Part shown: positions 8,300-17,730 of the stretch, one piece after another | Position numbering within the stretch: position 1 is the stretch's first letter | How the letters are laid out: each line of letters starts with the position of its first letter | Source: a bacterium | GTDB lineage: Bacteria; Sysuimicrobiota; Sysuimicrobiia; Sysuimicrobiales; Kaftiobacteriaceae | Direction of reading: 5' to 3' | Length of the DNA stretch: 52,358 nt | NCBI GenBank assembly: GCA_044868695.1 | Contig: JBIOWP010000076.1 | Span: 1-52,358, forward strand | Notes under the pieces: generated by a model | Seen by the model: only the letters and a program-made list of their open reading frames with translations | Told to the model about the DNA's origin: nothing | Database searches by the model: none | Program-made: the position numbers and the translations under genes

Positions 8300-8977
8300 A
8301 TGATGAGAGTTCAAGAGCGGGCGGACGCGCTCGCGAGAGAGATGTTTGTCGGCGGTCCTGTGAAAGACTTCGAGGCTGTGGGCCGCCTTCAGCTCGTGAC
8401 GCTGATCCACCAGGGCCTGTATCCAGATTCGAAGGTCCTCGACGTCGGATGCGGGTGCCTGCGTGGAGGGTACTGGCTCATTCACTTTCTCGAACCGGGT
8501 TGCTATTTTGGCATCGAGCCAAACGCACGAATGCTGCAAGCAGGTATCGATCGAATCCTGGAGCCAGGCCTTATTGAAGAGAAACGTCCTCAGTTTCACA
8601 CTAACGAGAACTTCGATTTTTCTGTGTTTGGGACCAAGTTCAATTTCATCCTCGCCCGATCGATCTGGACCCATGCCTCAAAGGAACAGGTCCGAGTCAT
8701 GCTGGACTCGTTCCTTGATAGTTCAGAGGAAGAGGCTGCATTCTTGGCCTCGTATCGTCGGGCGGGCCTGCTACGCCGCGATTATCGAGGCGCGGAGTGG
8801 GTCGGGAGAAGCCACACGTCGGACGTCTCCGGAGGGGTTGCCCATAGCCTGCGGTGGATCCGCTCCGAGTGCCGCGGCCGCGGGCTATCGGTCACGGAGT
8901 TACCCGAGGGGATCTACAACCGGCAGGTATGGCTACGGATTGTCAGAGCCTCGAGGTCGCCCAGTGACATCCCGTAA
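8300..8977 (+). CDS. Class I SAM-dependent methyltransferase
   Basis: VLDVGCGCLRGG motif I, YFGIEP, FNFILARSIWTH. Confidence 0.88.
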   Translation: MMRVQERADALAREMFVGGPVKDFEAVGRLQLVTLIHQGLYPDSKVLDVGCGCLRGGYWLIHFLEPGCYFGIEPNARMLQAGIDRILEPGLIEEKRPQFHTNENFDFSVFGTKFNFILARSIWTHASKEQVRVMLDSFLDSSEEEAAFLASYRRAGLLRRDYRGAEWVGRSHTSDVSGGVAHSLRWIRSECRGRGLSVTELPEGIYNRQVWLRIVRASRSPSDIP

Positions 8978-10478
8978 TGTCTCTGTCGCCGCAAGAGGCG
9001 TGGTCGTGGCGCTAGGGGGCGTTATGACAGCTTCGGGATTGGGCTATCTCGCCACTATTGTGGCCGCAGGGAGTTTGGGCGCGAGGACCTTCGGTCTCTA
9101 CACGCTCGCGGTTTCCACCACTACAGCGCTTGCGGCAATGTCGTTGATGGCCGCCGACCGTGGGGTCCTCCGCTACGTCGCCATCCTTCGCGATTCGGGG
9201 AGTCACGCTCGGGAGCACGAGATCGTCCAGGCGACGATCGGGTGGACTCTGGTGACGTCGGCCGCTATGGCTGGCATCCTCTACGCCGCAGCCGGAATCC
9301 TGAGTACGCTTTTCAGGGACAACGGGGCGCTGGCCGCTTTGCTGCGTGTCGCCGCTCTCGTCATCCCACTGATGAATCTGCTGATAGTCCTCAACGCTGT
9401 GACCGATGCGCGCAAGGACATGCGCTACCGGGTGCTGACAAACGACCTGATCCGGAACGGATCGTTCCTCGCGTATCTTCTGGTCGGTCTCATGCTGGCC
9501 CGATTGACCGCCGCAGGCCTGACCTGGGCACTTGTCGTCTCTTATGCGCTGGCTGTTGCCGTCGCCCTCTGGGTGACGCGTGAAAACCTGAAAAGCGCCA
9601 GGTCCCTGGTTGCCTGGCGTTCCCTCACTCCTGTGTTGAAGTTCTCTGTCCCATTTCTGGCTTCTCAAGGGTTGAATCAAGCGGGAGCATATGTGATCAT
9701 CTTTCTCCTGGGGGTCATGGGTACCGCCCGCGACGTAGGGATGTTCAGCGCCGGCATGGCGCTTGCGGCTGGCGTCGGGCTGATTCTCGAAGCCATCTCG
9801 CGAATTTATGCGCCTATGGTGGCCGAACTGGTCGAGCGCAGGGACATGGGAGAGACTGAAGCGCTATTGCGTCACTTCACACGTTGGTCCATCATCTGGG
9901 GTAGCCCGTTTGTCGCTATCGCGATTCTCTTCCGCGAACCCGTCCTGGCTCTGGTGGGCGAAGAGTATGTAGCCGGCGGGCTAGCGCTGGCCGTACTGGT
10001 CCTCGGCCACGCGGTGAACGCGGCCACTGGACCGGTCGGGGTGGTCCTGGTCATGTCGGGACGTGCGTGGCTCAACGTTCTCGATCTCGCCGTGGCCCTT
10101 GGGCTGCGGATCGCACTCGGTATTTGGCTCATCGGGCGATACGGCGTCCTTGGCGCGGCAATCGTCAGCACGATTGCCTTGGCTCTGACCAATGTGCTGC
10201 GAGTTGCGCAGGTTGGCGTGGTCATGCGCGTATGGGGCTATGATTGGGGGGCCCTTCGGCCTGTGGCGGCAGTTGTGCCCGCCGGGATCCTGGGGGTGCT
10301 GGCTGCGACCCGCGTCCCAACGCCAGGCGCCCCCGTCCAACTCGTTCTCGGCAGCGTTGTGTTGCTGACTGTATATGGACTCGGTTTGCTGCTCTTCGGC
10401 CTTGATAGACAGGATTGGGAAGTCCTTCAGGCGGGGTTCCGGAGAGTCAGGCAGTTCGCCCGGCGTCCCATGGCCTGA
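8964..10478 (+). CDS. wzx: Wzx-type oligosaccharide flippase (MOP family)
   Basis: GAGGT RBS and GTG 8964; about 12-14 hydrophobic segments; LGARTFGLY, DVGMFSA, YGVLGAAI. Confidence 0.88.
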   Translation: MTSRNVSVAARGVVVALGGVMTASGLGYLATIVAAGSLGARTFGLYTLAVSTTTALAAMSLMAADRGVLRYVAILRDSGSHAREHEIVQATIGWTLVTSAAMAGILYAAAGILSTLFRDNGALAALLRVAALVIPLMNLLIVLNAVTDARKDMRYRVLTNDLIRNGSFLAYLLVGLMLARLTAAGLTWALVVSYALAVAVALWVTRENLKSARSLVAWRSLTPVLKFSVPFLASQGLNQAGAYVIIFLLGVMGTARDVGMFSAGMALAAGVGLILEAISRIYAPMVAELVERRDMGETEALLRHFTRWSIIWGSPFVAIAILFREPVLALVGEEYVAGGLALAVLVLGHAVNAATGPVGVVLVMSGRAWLNVLDLAVALGLRIALGIWLIGRYGVLGAAIVSTIALALTNVLRVAQVGVVMRVWGYDWGALRPVAAVVPAGILGVLAATRVPTPGAPVQLVLGSVVLLTVYGLGLLLFGLDRQDWEVLQAGFRRVRQFARRPMA

Positions 10479-10530
10479 TCGTGCTCAGTGCCTAGTCTGC
10501 CGGGCGGCGGATAATCTACTGAGGGGTCAC

Positions 10531-12141
10531 ATGGGGCGGGTCCTTATCATTGGAATCGATGGCGCGACCTGGCAACTGCTCGATCCGATGCTGGCTGCCG
10601 GGATGCTGCCGAACCTGCAGCGGTTGATAACCGCGGGAACCCGCGGCGTTGCGCTGTCGACTGAGCCGGCCGAAACACCAGTCGCCTGGGTGACCTTCCA
10701 GACGGGGGTCCCGCCGGAAATGCACGGCGTGTATGGATTCTACAACCTGTACGTCACACGCGGCCGACCGGAGTTCGTTGCGAATAGTTCGGCGTCGATT
10801 CGCATCAAGACCCTGTGGGAATACGCGGGGAATCTGGGCAAGCGCGTGGCGGTCATTTCATGTCCGATCACCTATCCCGCATACTCCGTGAACGGGATCA
10901 TGGTCCCCGGGTTCCCTGCTCCTTCGTCGCGGTGGACGAAGACCTATCCGCCGGCCTTGTGGAAGGAGATTGCCCAACTCGGGATCGGCTGGGTCGTGCC
11001 CGCCAGTCGACTCGATTCCTTCCCAAAGAGCGCATTCAAGAACGACGCTGACATGGCCGCCGCGCTGCGGCACCTGGCGGATCTGATGCGTGGTCGGGTG
11101 ACCCTCGCCTTGCATCTCCTCAACCGGCATCCCTGGGACCTCGGATTCTTTCAGTTCCAGGAGACCGATTGGGTCCAGCACGCCCTGTGGCCGTACCTGG
11201 CGGATGTTGCGAGCCATCCCAGTGGCATCCATCCGGCGCTGCGGGCATTCTACGGCGCCGTAGACGAGGGAGTCGGACAGCTGCTGCGGCTTGCAGGACC
11301 TGATGACCACATCGTACTTGTGTCCGACCATGGATTTCGCGCGTGCAAACGGGAAGTGTTCCCTAACCGCTGGTTGATGCAATGGAATCTCCTCGCTGAA
11401 CGACTGGGTCCACGTGACCGCCTGCTGGCGCTCATCAGCAATCTGCGCCACACTCTTGACTCTCGCGATCTTGTAGTCGGGCGCATTCCGCGGTCGATGC
11501 GGGCCCGACTGGCCAGTCGCGTGAACCTGTCCCGGATCGACACAGAACGGTCGTGCGCCTTCATGTTTGCCGATGGCTCGCCGACCGCGGGCTTGTTTTT
11601 CCTACGCTCCGAGGATGCGCGCAGTGATCACGAGACGGTGCTGGCTTTGCTCAGGGAACTGGCCGATCCGGACAATGGCGAGCGGATCATAGAGGCGATC
11701 ATTCCGCAGCCGCCCGGCGCAGCGGGCGGGAGCCCACACTACTGGGTGCGGTTCAGTCCTGGGTATGCGCCGATGGTCCGGTTCGGCCCAGGGCCGGTCC
11801 TTCGGTCGCGCGTACCCGGCCGGGACATCCAACTGGGGATCCACGATCCTGAGGGTATCTTCCTCGTCGCAGGCCCGGCAGTGCGGAGAGGTGCGACGGC
11901 CCCCAGGGCTTCGTTGATGGACATGGCCCCTACGATCCTCCACCTACTCGGGTTGCCAGTGCCCACATATATGCGAGGGAAAGTGCTCGCCAGCGTATTC
12001 GAGGAACCCGGGTATCGGGCCCGCCCTCCAGCGTATCTCGAAGACGATGGGAGTCGGACAGGTGGACCGCCGGGTGGACTGAGCGCGACCGACGAAGCCG
12101 ACATCACCCGCCGCCTCCGAGACCTCGGGTACGTCGATTGA
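10531..12141 (+). CDS. Alkaline phosphatase superfamily (type I phosphodiesterase/nucleotide pyrophosphatase-like) protein 1
   Basis: GAGGGG RBS; IIGIDGA, PAETPVAW (Thr nucleophile), ETDWVQH, SDHGF, GIH, C-terminal LRDLGY; no signal peptide. Confidence 0.88.
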   Translation: MGRVLIIGIDGATWQLLDPMLAAGMLPNLQRLITAGTRGVALSTEPAETPVAWVTFQTGVPPEMHGVYGFYNLYVTRGRPEFVANSSASIRIKTLWEYAGNLGKRVAVISCPITYPAYSVNGIMVPGFPAPSSRWTKTYPPALWKEIAQLGIGWVVPASRLDSFPKSAFKNDADMAAALRHLADLMRGRVTLALHLLNRHPWDLGFFQFQETDWVQHALWPYLADVASHPSGIHPALRAFYGAVDEGVGQLLRLAGPDDHIVLVSDHGFRACKREVFPNRWLMQWNLLAERLGPRDRLLALISNLRHTLDSRDLVVGRIPRSMRARLASRVNLSRIDTERSCAFMFADGSPTAGLFFLRSEDARSDHETVLALLRELADPDNGERIIEAIIPQPPGAAGGSPHYWVRFSPGYAPMVRFGPGPVLRSRVPGRDIQLGIHDPEGIFLVAGPAVRRGATAPRASLMDMAPTILHLLGLPVPTYMRGKVLASVFEEPGYRARPPAYLEDDGSRTGGPPGGLSATDEADITRRLRDLGYVD

Positions 12142-12153
12142 CGGTCGGCGCAT

Positions 12154-13302
12154 ATGGATGTGCGCACCGGTAGGCCCGGGCCAAAAATCGGCTTTGTGAT
12201 CAATGACTTCCTCGTCGGCGGGGCCGAGGTACTCTTGAGGGATCTCCTGGCGACAGCCCGCCGTCGTTCCAGGTCGGCCGACTGGTGTGTTGTCTACGCG
12301 CTTGATGGCGCAGGCCCCCTGAAGAAAGAGATTCAGGACCTGGGCTACCACATCGTCATCGTGGGGTCCTCGTGGCCATTCAATCCGATCGCCGTCTTCC
12401 GCTTTGCGCGCCGTCTTCGCAGGGACGGAATTGACATTCTCCATTGCCACTTGGCCCGATCGGGGGTGATTGGACGGATCGCGGCGCGCCTGGCAAGGGT
12501 GCCCGTCATTTACACCGAGCACAGCATGTGGGGACACCACCATCCTGTCACGCGGGTGCTCAACCAGCTCACGCTGCACTGGAACGTCAGGGTCATCACT
12601 GTCTCGGAGGCTGTCCGGCAGTATGTGCTGGGTCGGAGCCGCATTGCTCCCGGCAGGGTCATCACGATTCCCAACGGTATAGATCTCTCCAGGCTGGACG
12701 TCGCCTCCCTCGACGATGGGGGGGCCGTACGCAACAGCCTGCAGATCCCCGAGGGGGTCGTCGTGATCGGGACGGTGGGGAATATCAGCCGCGTCAAAGG
12801 CCACGCCTATCTGGTGCAGGCCCTGGCCGATCTTCAACGCCGCGGGCGGGCCGTCCACGGCGTCATCGTCGGGAGGGATCGGGGCGATCTTCCTTCGCTC
12901 CGGGAGCTGATCAATCTCCTCGGTCTTGAGCGTGCCGTGACGATTGCCGGTTTCCGGGAAGATATCCCGGAGGTGCTGCGCGTTTTCGACGTCTTTGTCT
13001 TGCCCTCCGTGCAAGAGGGGTTCGGGATTGCCCTGCTGGAAGCCATGGCGCTCCAGCGCCCGCTGGTCGTCTCCGCGGTCGGAGGCATTCGTGAAATCGT
13101 GCGGCATGAGGTTGAGGGTCTTGTGGTGCCACCGGCCAATAGCCGCGCGTTGGCCGACGCCATTGATATGCTGCTCACGCGTCCAGAGTGGGCCCGTCTT
13201 CTCGGCGAGCGTGCCCGCCAGCGAGTTTCGGCGGAGTTCTCCCTCGACCGCGTGGCGCAGCGATACCAGGAGGCCTACGCGCAGGTGTACGGGGTGGCAT
13301 GA
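12154..13302 (+). CDS. GT4 glycosyltransferase
   Basis: GGAE, YTEH, IPNGID, KGH, DVFVLPS and EGFGIALLEAM (EX7E). Confidence 0.93.
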   Translation: MDVRTGRPGPKIGFVINDFLVGGAEVLLRDLLATARRRSRSADWCVVYALDGAGPLKKEIQDLGYHIVIVGSSWPFNPIAVFRFARRLRRDGIDILHCHLARSGVIGRIAARLARVPVIYTEHSMWGHHHPVTRVLNQLTLHWNVRVITVSEAVRQYVLGRSRIAPGRVITIPNGIDLSRLDVASLDDGGAVRNSLQIPEGVVVIGTVGNISRVKGHAYLVQALADLQRRGRAVHGVIVGRDRGDLPSLRELINLLGLERAVTIAGFREDIPEVLRVFDVFVLPSVQEGFGIALLEAMALQRPLVVSAVGGIREIVRHEVEGLVVPPANSRALADAIDMLLTRPEWARLLGERARQRVSAEFSLDRVAQRYQEAYAQVYGVA

Positions 13303-14648
13303 CGGTCGACTGGCGGCTGGTCATCGGCTGGCTGGTCGAGGTGGGTGTGCTGACTTCAGTTCTCCTCGCGTCCCTGCGCCGCGTAGGAGATCGATCCCTT
13401 CTACTCCTCACGCTGGGTTCCTTCGCCCTGCGGTTGCTCATGGGCGAGGGCCTGTTCATGGTCAGCGCTCTCCGGCTGCCGCTGCTGGCCGACCTTCAGA
13501 TCCCCGGAGGCTTCTGGAAGTTCGGCCCTGATGCCCTCGGGTACCATCGAGAGGCGCAAACAGTCGCCGCGATATTGCGCGGTGCCCCGGCGGGCGTGGG
13601 CGTGACGGAATTGCTCGCATGGCCGGTCGGTGTGGTCTATTGGGTGTTCGGGGAGACTCTGGCCCACGCGCTCGTCCTCAACGCCGCGCTCGGGGCCGGG
13701 TGCGCGGCGCTGGTCTTCCTCACCGGACTGTGGGGAGGTCTCACGAGACGCGCTGCGATCCAGGCCGCAGCTCTTGTAGCCTTCTGGCCTTCGTCGTTCG
13801 CCTGGTCCGGCCAGCTCCTCAAGGAGCCGCTCGAGTGGTTCGGGATACTGGCCGTGTTCGCAGGGTGTGCAGGCCTGCTGCGAACCCGCCCAAGCGCGGC
13901 CCCTCCATTCTTCCTCGGCATGGTCGTCCTTATCGCCGGTGGAACGCATCTCGTCGGGGCGATACAGTTCTTTCAGGCCGCCACACTAACCGCAGCCATT
14001 GGGGCAGGGCTGTTGTTCTGGACCGCCTCTCGGCCCCGGCACTGCGTGATGCAGACGACGGCCAGCGCGGCGGTCGTGCTCCTGGCCATGGCCGCAGGCG
14101 GGTTCTCGGTTCTTCTGTGGCGTCCTTTTCCCCCGCCGCGGCCACTTGTGATGGAATCGGCGTGCCGGCCTGCCACCCCCCTGTTGCGCGTCCGTGAGGC
14201 GTATCGGATGTCCGGTGGCGCGACGCAGGTCGATCCAGGGGTGATTTTGCGCACCTGCGGTGATCTGATCCGGTACATTCCACGGAGCTTGAGCCTGGTC
14301 TTCATCGAACCACTCCCCCACTGGTGGGGCCCCGGCGCGTCCGTCGGGAGCGCGCGCTACCTCTCGGGTCTCGATGCCGTCCTCCTCTGGGTGTTGCTTC
14401 CTGGGTCACTGGCGGGGATTGTGCGGGCTGTGCGTCGGTCGGACGGAGGGAACGCGATCATCATGTTCTCGGTACTCCTCCTGGGGACGATCCTGGGGCT
14501 GATCGTCACGAACTTCGGTACCCTGTTTCGCCTCAGGCTGCAAATCTTGCTTCCGGCCGCGGTCCTCGCCGCCGACGGCTGGGATCTATTGCGTCGGGTG
14601 CGCCACGATTCAAGAGGTGACAGCAGGCCGAACGAGGAGGTACACTAG
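13299..14648 (+). CDS. Polytopic membrane protein, probable Wzy-like polymerase (GT-C)
   Basis: ATGA overlap with the GT4 stop; about 11 TM segments; PDALGYH, LLKE, NFGTLFRLR; sits in a Wzx locus. Confidence 0.6.
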   Translation: MTVDWRLVIGWLVEVGVLTSVLLASLRRVGDRSLLLLTLGSFALRLLMGEGLFMVSALRLPLLADLQIPGGFWKFGPDALGYHREAQTVAAILRGAPAGVGVTELLAWPVGVVYWVFGETLAHALVLNAALGAGCAALVFLTGLWGGLTRRAAIQAAALVAFWPSSFAWSGQLLKEPLEWFGILAVFAGCAGLLRTRPSAAPPFFLGMVVLIAGGTHLVGAIQFFQAATLTAAIGAGLLFWTASRPRHCVMQTTASAAVVLLAMAAGGFSVLLWRPFPPPRPLVMESACRPATPLLRVREAYRMSGGATQVDPGVILRTCGDLIRYIPRSLSLVFIEPLPHWWGPGASVGSARYLSGLDAVLLWVLLPGSLAGIVRAVRRSDGGNAIIMFSVLLLGTILGLIVTNFGTLFRLRLQILLPAAVLAADGWDLLRRVRHDSRGDSRPNEEVH

Positions 14649-14655
14649 GCTGGCT

Positions 14656-16005
14656 GTGTCTAGAAAACTTCTCATCATCGGCCTGGACTGTGTCCCGCCT
14701 GAGTTCGCGTTCCAACGGTTCGACATGCCTGCCCTCCGGTCTGTGATGCGGCGAGGCTCCTACGGTCTGCTGGAGAGCATCATCCCGCCCATCACTGTGC
14801 CCGCCTGGGCATCGATGATGACTGGCCAGGATCCGGGCGCGCTGGGAGTGTATGGTTTTCGCAATCGGACCGACCACACCTACGACCGGCTCAGTATTGC
14901 GACCAGCCAGGCTATCAAGGCCCCCGCGGTCTGGGACCGCTTGGCCGCGACGGGGCGGCAGTCGATCGTCGTCGGGGTTCCCCCATCGTATCCCCCGAAA
15001 CCCATCCAGGGGCAGATGGTGGGGTGCTTCCTCACGCCCAGCGCGAAGTCCGAGTACACGTGGCCGGGGGACCTGAAAGGCGAACTGGAAGACCGGTTTG
15101 GAGAGTACCTGTTCGACGTCACCGATTTCCGAACCGATGACAAGGCATCGCTGCTCCGGCGCATCTACGCTGCCTCCGAGCAGAAGTTTGCCATCGTGCG
15201 GCACCTCATGACCACTAAACCCTGGGACCTCCTCGCGTTCGTGGACATCGCGCCTGACCGCCTCCACCACGGGTTTTGGAAATACTGGGATCCCGAGCAC
15301 GTAAAGCACGAGCCAGGCAATCGATTTCAGAAATCGTTCGAGGAGTACTACGCGGTCCTGGACGGCCAGATCGGCAGCTTGTTGGATCTGGCCCCTGAGG
15401 ACGCCGCCGTCCTGATCGTGTCTGACCACGGGGCCAAGCGCATGGATGGAGCGATCTGCATCAACGAGTGGCTCCGGCGTGAGGGGTACCTGACGCTGAA
15501 GGAAACGCCGCGCGGCGTCCAGCGGCTGGAACCGGCCATGGTTGACTGGGGCCGCACCACCGCGTGGGGAGAAGGGGGTTACTACAGCCGGATCTTTCTA
15601 AATGTCCGAGGGCGGGAGCCTGAGGGAAAAGTGGACAAGGCCGGGTACGATCGCCTGCGCGAGGAGTTGATTCACGGACTGGAGAGTCTCGGCGACGAGC
15701 AGGGCCGGTCGATCGGGACCCGGGTCCACCGGCCGGAGGACCTCTATGCTGTTCGCCGCGGGATCCCACCCGATCTGATCGCGATCTTCGGCGACCTTTA
15801 CTGGCGCGGTGCGGGCAGTATCGGATTCGATTCGGTCTGGACGCACGAGAACGACACCGGCCCGGATGATGCGAACCATGCGCAGTACGGGATGTTTGTC
15901 GCGGCAGGGCTGCCCATGCCGCCCGGCGAGGTCAAGGGCCTCAAGTTGTTGCAGGTCGAGTCTGTTGTCGCCCAATATTTCGGACTGGAGTCACGACATG
16001 GATGA
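14656..16005 (+). CDS. Alkaline phosphatase superfamily (type I phosphodiesterase/nucleotide pyrophosphatase-like) protein 2
   Basis: IIGLDC, PPITVPAW (Thr nucleophile), PDRLHH, SDHG, DDANH; no signal peptide; stop overlaps the sat start. Start 14656 or 14617. Confidence 0.88.
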   Translation: MSRKLLIIGLDCVPPEFAFQRFDMPALRSVMRRGSYGLLESIIPPITVPAWASMMTGQDPGALGVYGFRNRTDHTYDRLSIATSQAIKAPAVWDRLAATGRQSIVVGVPPSYPPKPIQGQMVGCFLTPSAKSEYTWPGDLKGELEDRFGEYLFDVTDFRTDDKASLLRRIYAASEQKFAIVRHLMTTKPWDLLAFVDIAPDRLHHGFWKYWDPEHVKHEPGNRFQKSFEEYYAVLDGQIGSLLDLAPEDAAVLIVSDHGAKRMDGAICINEWLRREGYLTLKETPRGVQRLEPAMVDWGRTTAWGEGGYYSRIFLNVRGREPEGKVDKAGYDRLREELIHGLESLGDEQGRSIGTRVHRPEDLYAVRRGIPPDLIAIFGDLYWRGAGSIGFDSVWTHENDTGPDDANHAQYGMFVAAGLPMPPGEVKGLKLLQVESVVAQYFGLESRHG

Positions 16006-17722
16006 TAGGATCCCTCCGCATGGAGGTGTGCTGAAGCAGCTCGTGGCGGAGGATGAGGACCAGGTCGCCGCCCTCAAGGGGGAGGCGGTCCGGCTGCCCT
16101 CTTGGGATTTGTCCCCGCGCCAGGTCTTCGACATCGAACTGCTCCTGAACGGGGCGTTTTCTCCGCTCGACGGATATCTGGACCGGTCCAATTACGAGTC
16201 TGTTCGCGACAAGATGCAGCTGCGCGGGGGCGCGCTGTGGCCGATGCCGATCGTTCTGGATGTGACCGAGGAATTCGCCAGAAGCCTTCAGCGGCGGACG
16301 CGCATCGCGCTCCGGCATCCTGAGGGGATGGTCCTCGCCCTGATGACCGTGGCGGACGTATGGACTCCTGATCGAGGCCAGGAGGCGGAAGCGGTGTTCG
16401 GTAGTCGCGACGAAACGCACCCGGGGGTGTTCCAACTGTACCACCAGTTCAACCCGGTGTACGTCGGCGGTGCGCTCCAGGGGATCGAGCTGCCGCCGCA
16501 CCACACCTTCAAGCATCTCCGCCATACGCCGGCCGAGCTTCGGCAGCTGTTCCGCAAGCTGGGCTGGAAACGCGTCGTCGCCTTTCAGACACGCAACCCG
16601 ATGCACCGCGCCCATGTGGAACTCACGCGGCGCGCGGCCGCGGAGGCGGAGGCCAATCTGCTGCTGCATCCGGTGGTTGGGCGCACCAGGCCCGGCGACG
16701 TGGATTACTTCGTCCGGGTCCGCTGCTATCAGGCCGTGCTGAAGCACTACCCCGAGCAGACGACGATGCTAAGCCTGCTGCCACTGGCCATGCGGATGGC
16801 CGGGCCGCGCGAGGCGGTGTGGCACGCGATTATCCGGCAGAACTACGGCTGCACGCACTTCATCGTCGGCCGCAATCACGCCGCCCCCGGTCAGAACGCG
16901 CGGGGCGAGGACTTCTACTCCCCGTACGCGGCCCAGGAGCTGCTGAAGACGTATCAGAGGGACCTTGGAATTCAGGTGATGCCCTTCGAGGAGATGGCCT
17001 ACGTCGAGGATCTGGCGCAATATCTACCCCAGTCGGACATTCCTGAGCAGGCGAAGGTCCTCAGCCTGTCAGGGACCGAGCTGCGGCGGCGCCTCCGGGA
17101 AGGCCTGGAGGTGCCGGCCTGGTTCTCCTTCCCCGAGGTCGTGACGGAGTTGCGGCGGTCGTACCCTCCGCGATCACGGCAGGGATTCACCGTATTCTTC
17201 ACGGGACTGTCGGGGGCGGGAAAATCCACGATCGCCCAGATCCTGATGGCCAAACTGATGGAGATGGGAGACCGGCCGGTCACGCTGCTCGATGGAGACA
17301 TTGTCCGCAAGCACCTGTCCAGTGAGCTTGGATTTTCCAAAGAACACCGCGACATCAACATCAAGCGCATCGGGTTTGTGGCGAGCGAGATCACGAAGAA
17401 TCGCGGCATTGCCATCTGCGCACCGATCGCGCCGTACGCGGCGACCCGCCGGGAAGTGCGGGAGTTGATCAACGAATACGGCGCGTTCGTGGAAGTGTAC
17501 GTCTCGACACCGCTTGAAGTCTGCGAAGCTCGGGATAGGAAAGGATTGTACGCGAAGGCGCGGGCGGGATTGATCAAGAACTTCACCGGGGTTGACGACG
17601 TCTACGAACCGCCTCAGAACCCCGACGTGGTGGTCGATACGTCGACGCTCAGTCCCGAGGAAGCGGCGCATCAGGTCCTGCTGCACCTCGAGCGTCAAGG
17701 CTACATTAGCGCGCCGTCGTAG
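15998..17722 (+). CDS. sat/cysC: Bifunctional sulfate adenylyltransferase / adenylylsulfate kinase (PAPS synthase)
   Basis: GGAG RBS; GAFSPL, WPMPI, QTRNPMHRAH, MAGPREA, SGTELR; kinase GLSGAGKST, LLDGD, KGLY, FTGVDDVYE. Confidence 0.95.
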   Translation: MDDRIPPHGGVLKQLVAEDEDQVAALKGEAVRLPSWDLSPRQVFDIELLLNGAFSPLDGYLDRSNYESVRDKMQLRGGALWPMPIVLDVTEEFARSLQRRTRIALRHPEGMVLALMTVADVWTPDRGQEAEAVFGSRDETHPGVFQLYHQFNPVYVGGALQGIELPPHHTFKHLRHTPAELRQLFRKLGWKRVVAFQTRNPMHRAHVELTRRAAAEAEANLLLHPVVGRTRPGDVDYFVRVRCYQAVLKHYPEQTTMLSLLPLAMRMAGPREAVWHAIIRQNYGCTHFIVGRNHAAPGQNARGEDFYSPYAAQELLKTYQRDLGIQVMPFEEMAYVEDLAQYLPQSDIPEQAKVLSLSGTELRRRLREGLEVPAWFSFPEVVTELRRSYPPRSRQGFTVFFTGLSGAGKSTIAQILMAKLMEMGDRPVTLLDGDIVRKHLSSELGFSKEHRDINIKRIGFVASEITKNRGIAICAPIAPYAATRREVRELINEYGAFVEVYVSTPLEVCEARDRKGLYAKARAGLIKNFTGVDDVYEPPQNPDVVVDTSTLSPEEAAHQVLLHLERQGYISAPS

Positions 17723-17730
17723 CGTAACCG

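Noticed and set aside
8463..8963. 167-aa N-terminal extension of the flippase ORF
   Set aside because: It overlaps the methyltransferase. GAGGT plus GTG 8964 gives a normal Wzx length.
10531..16005. Calling the two AlkP proteins sulfatases
   Set aside because: They lack the C/S-x-P-x-R formylglycine motif and have Thr-nucleophile NPP-like motifs.
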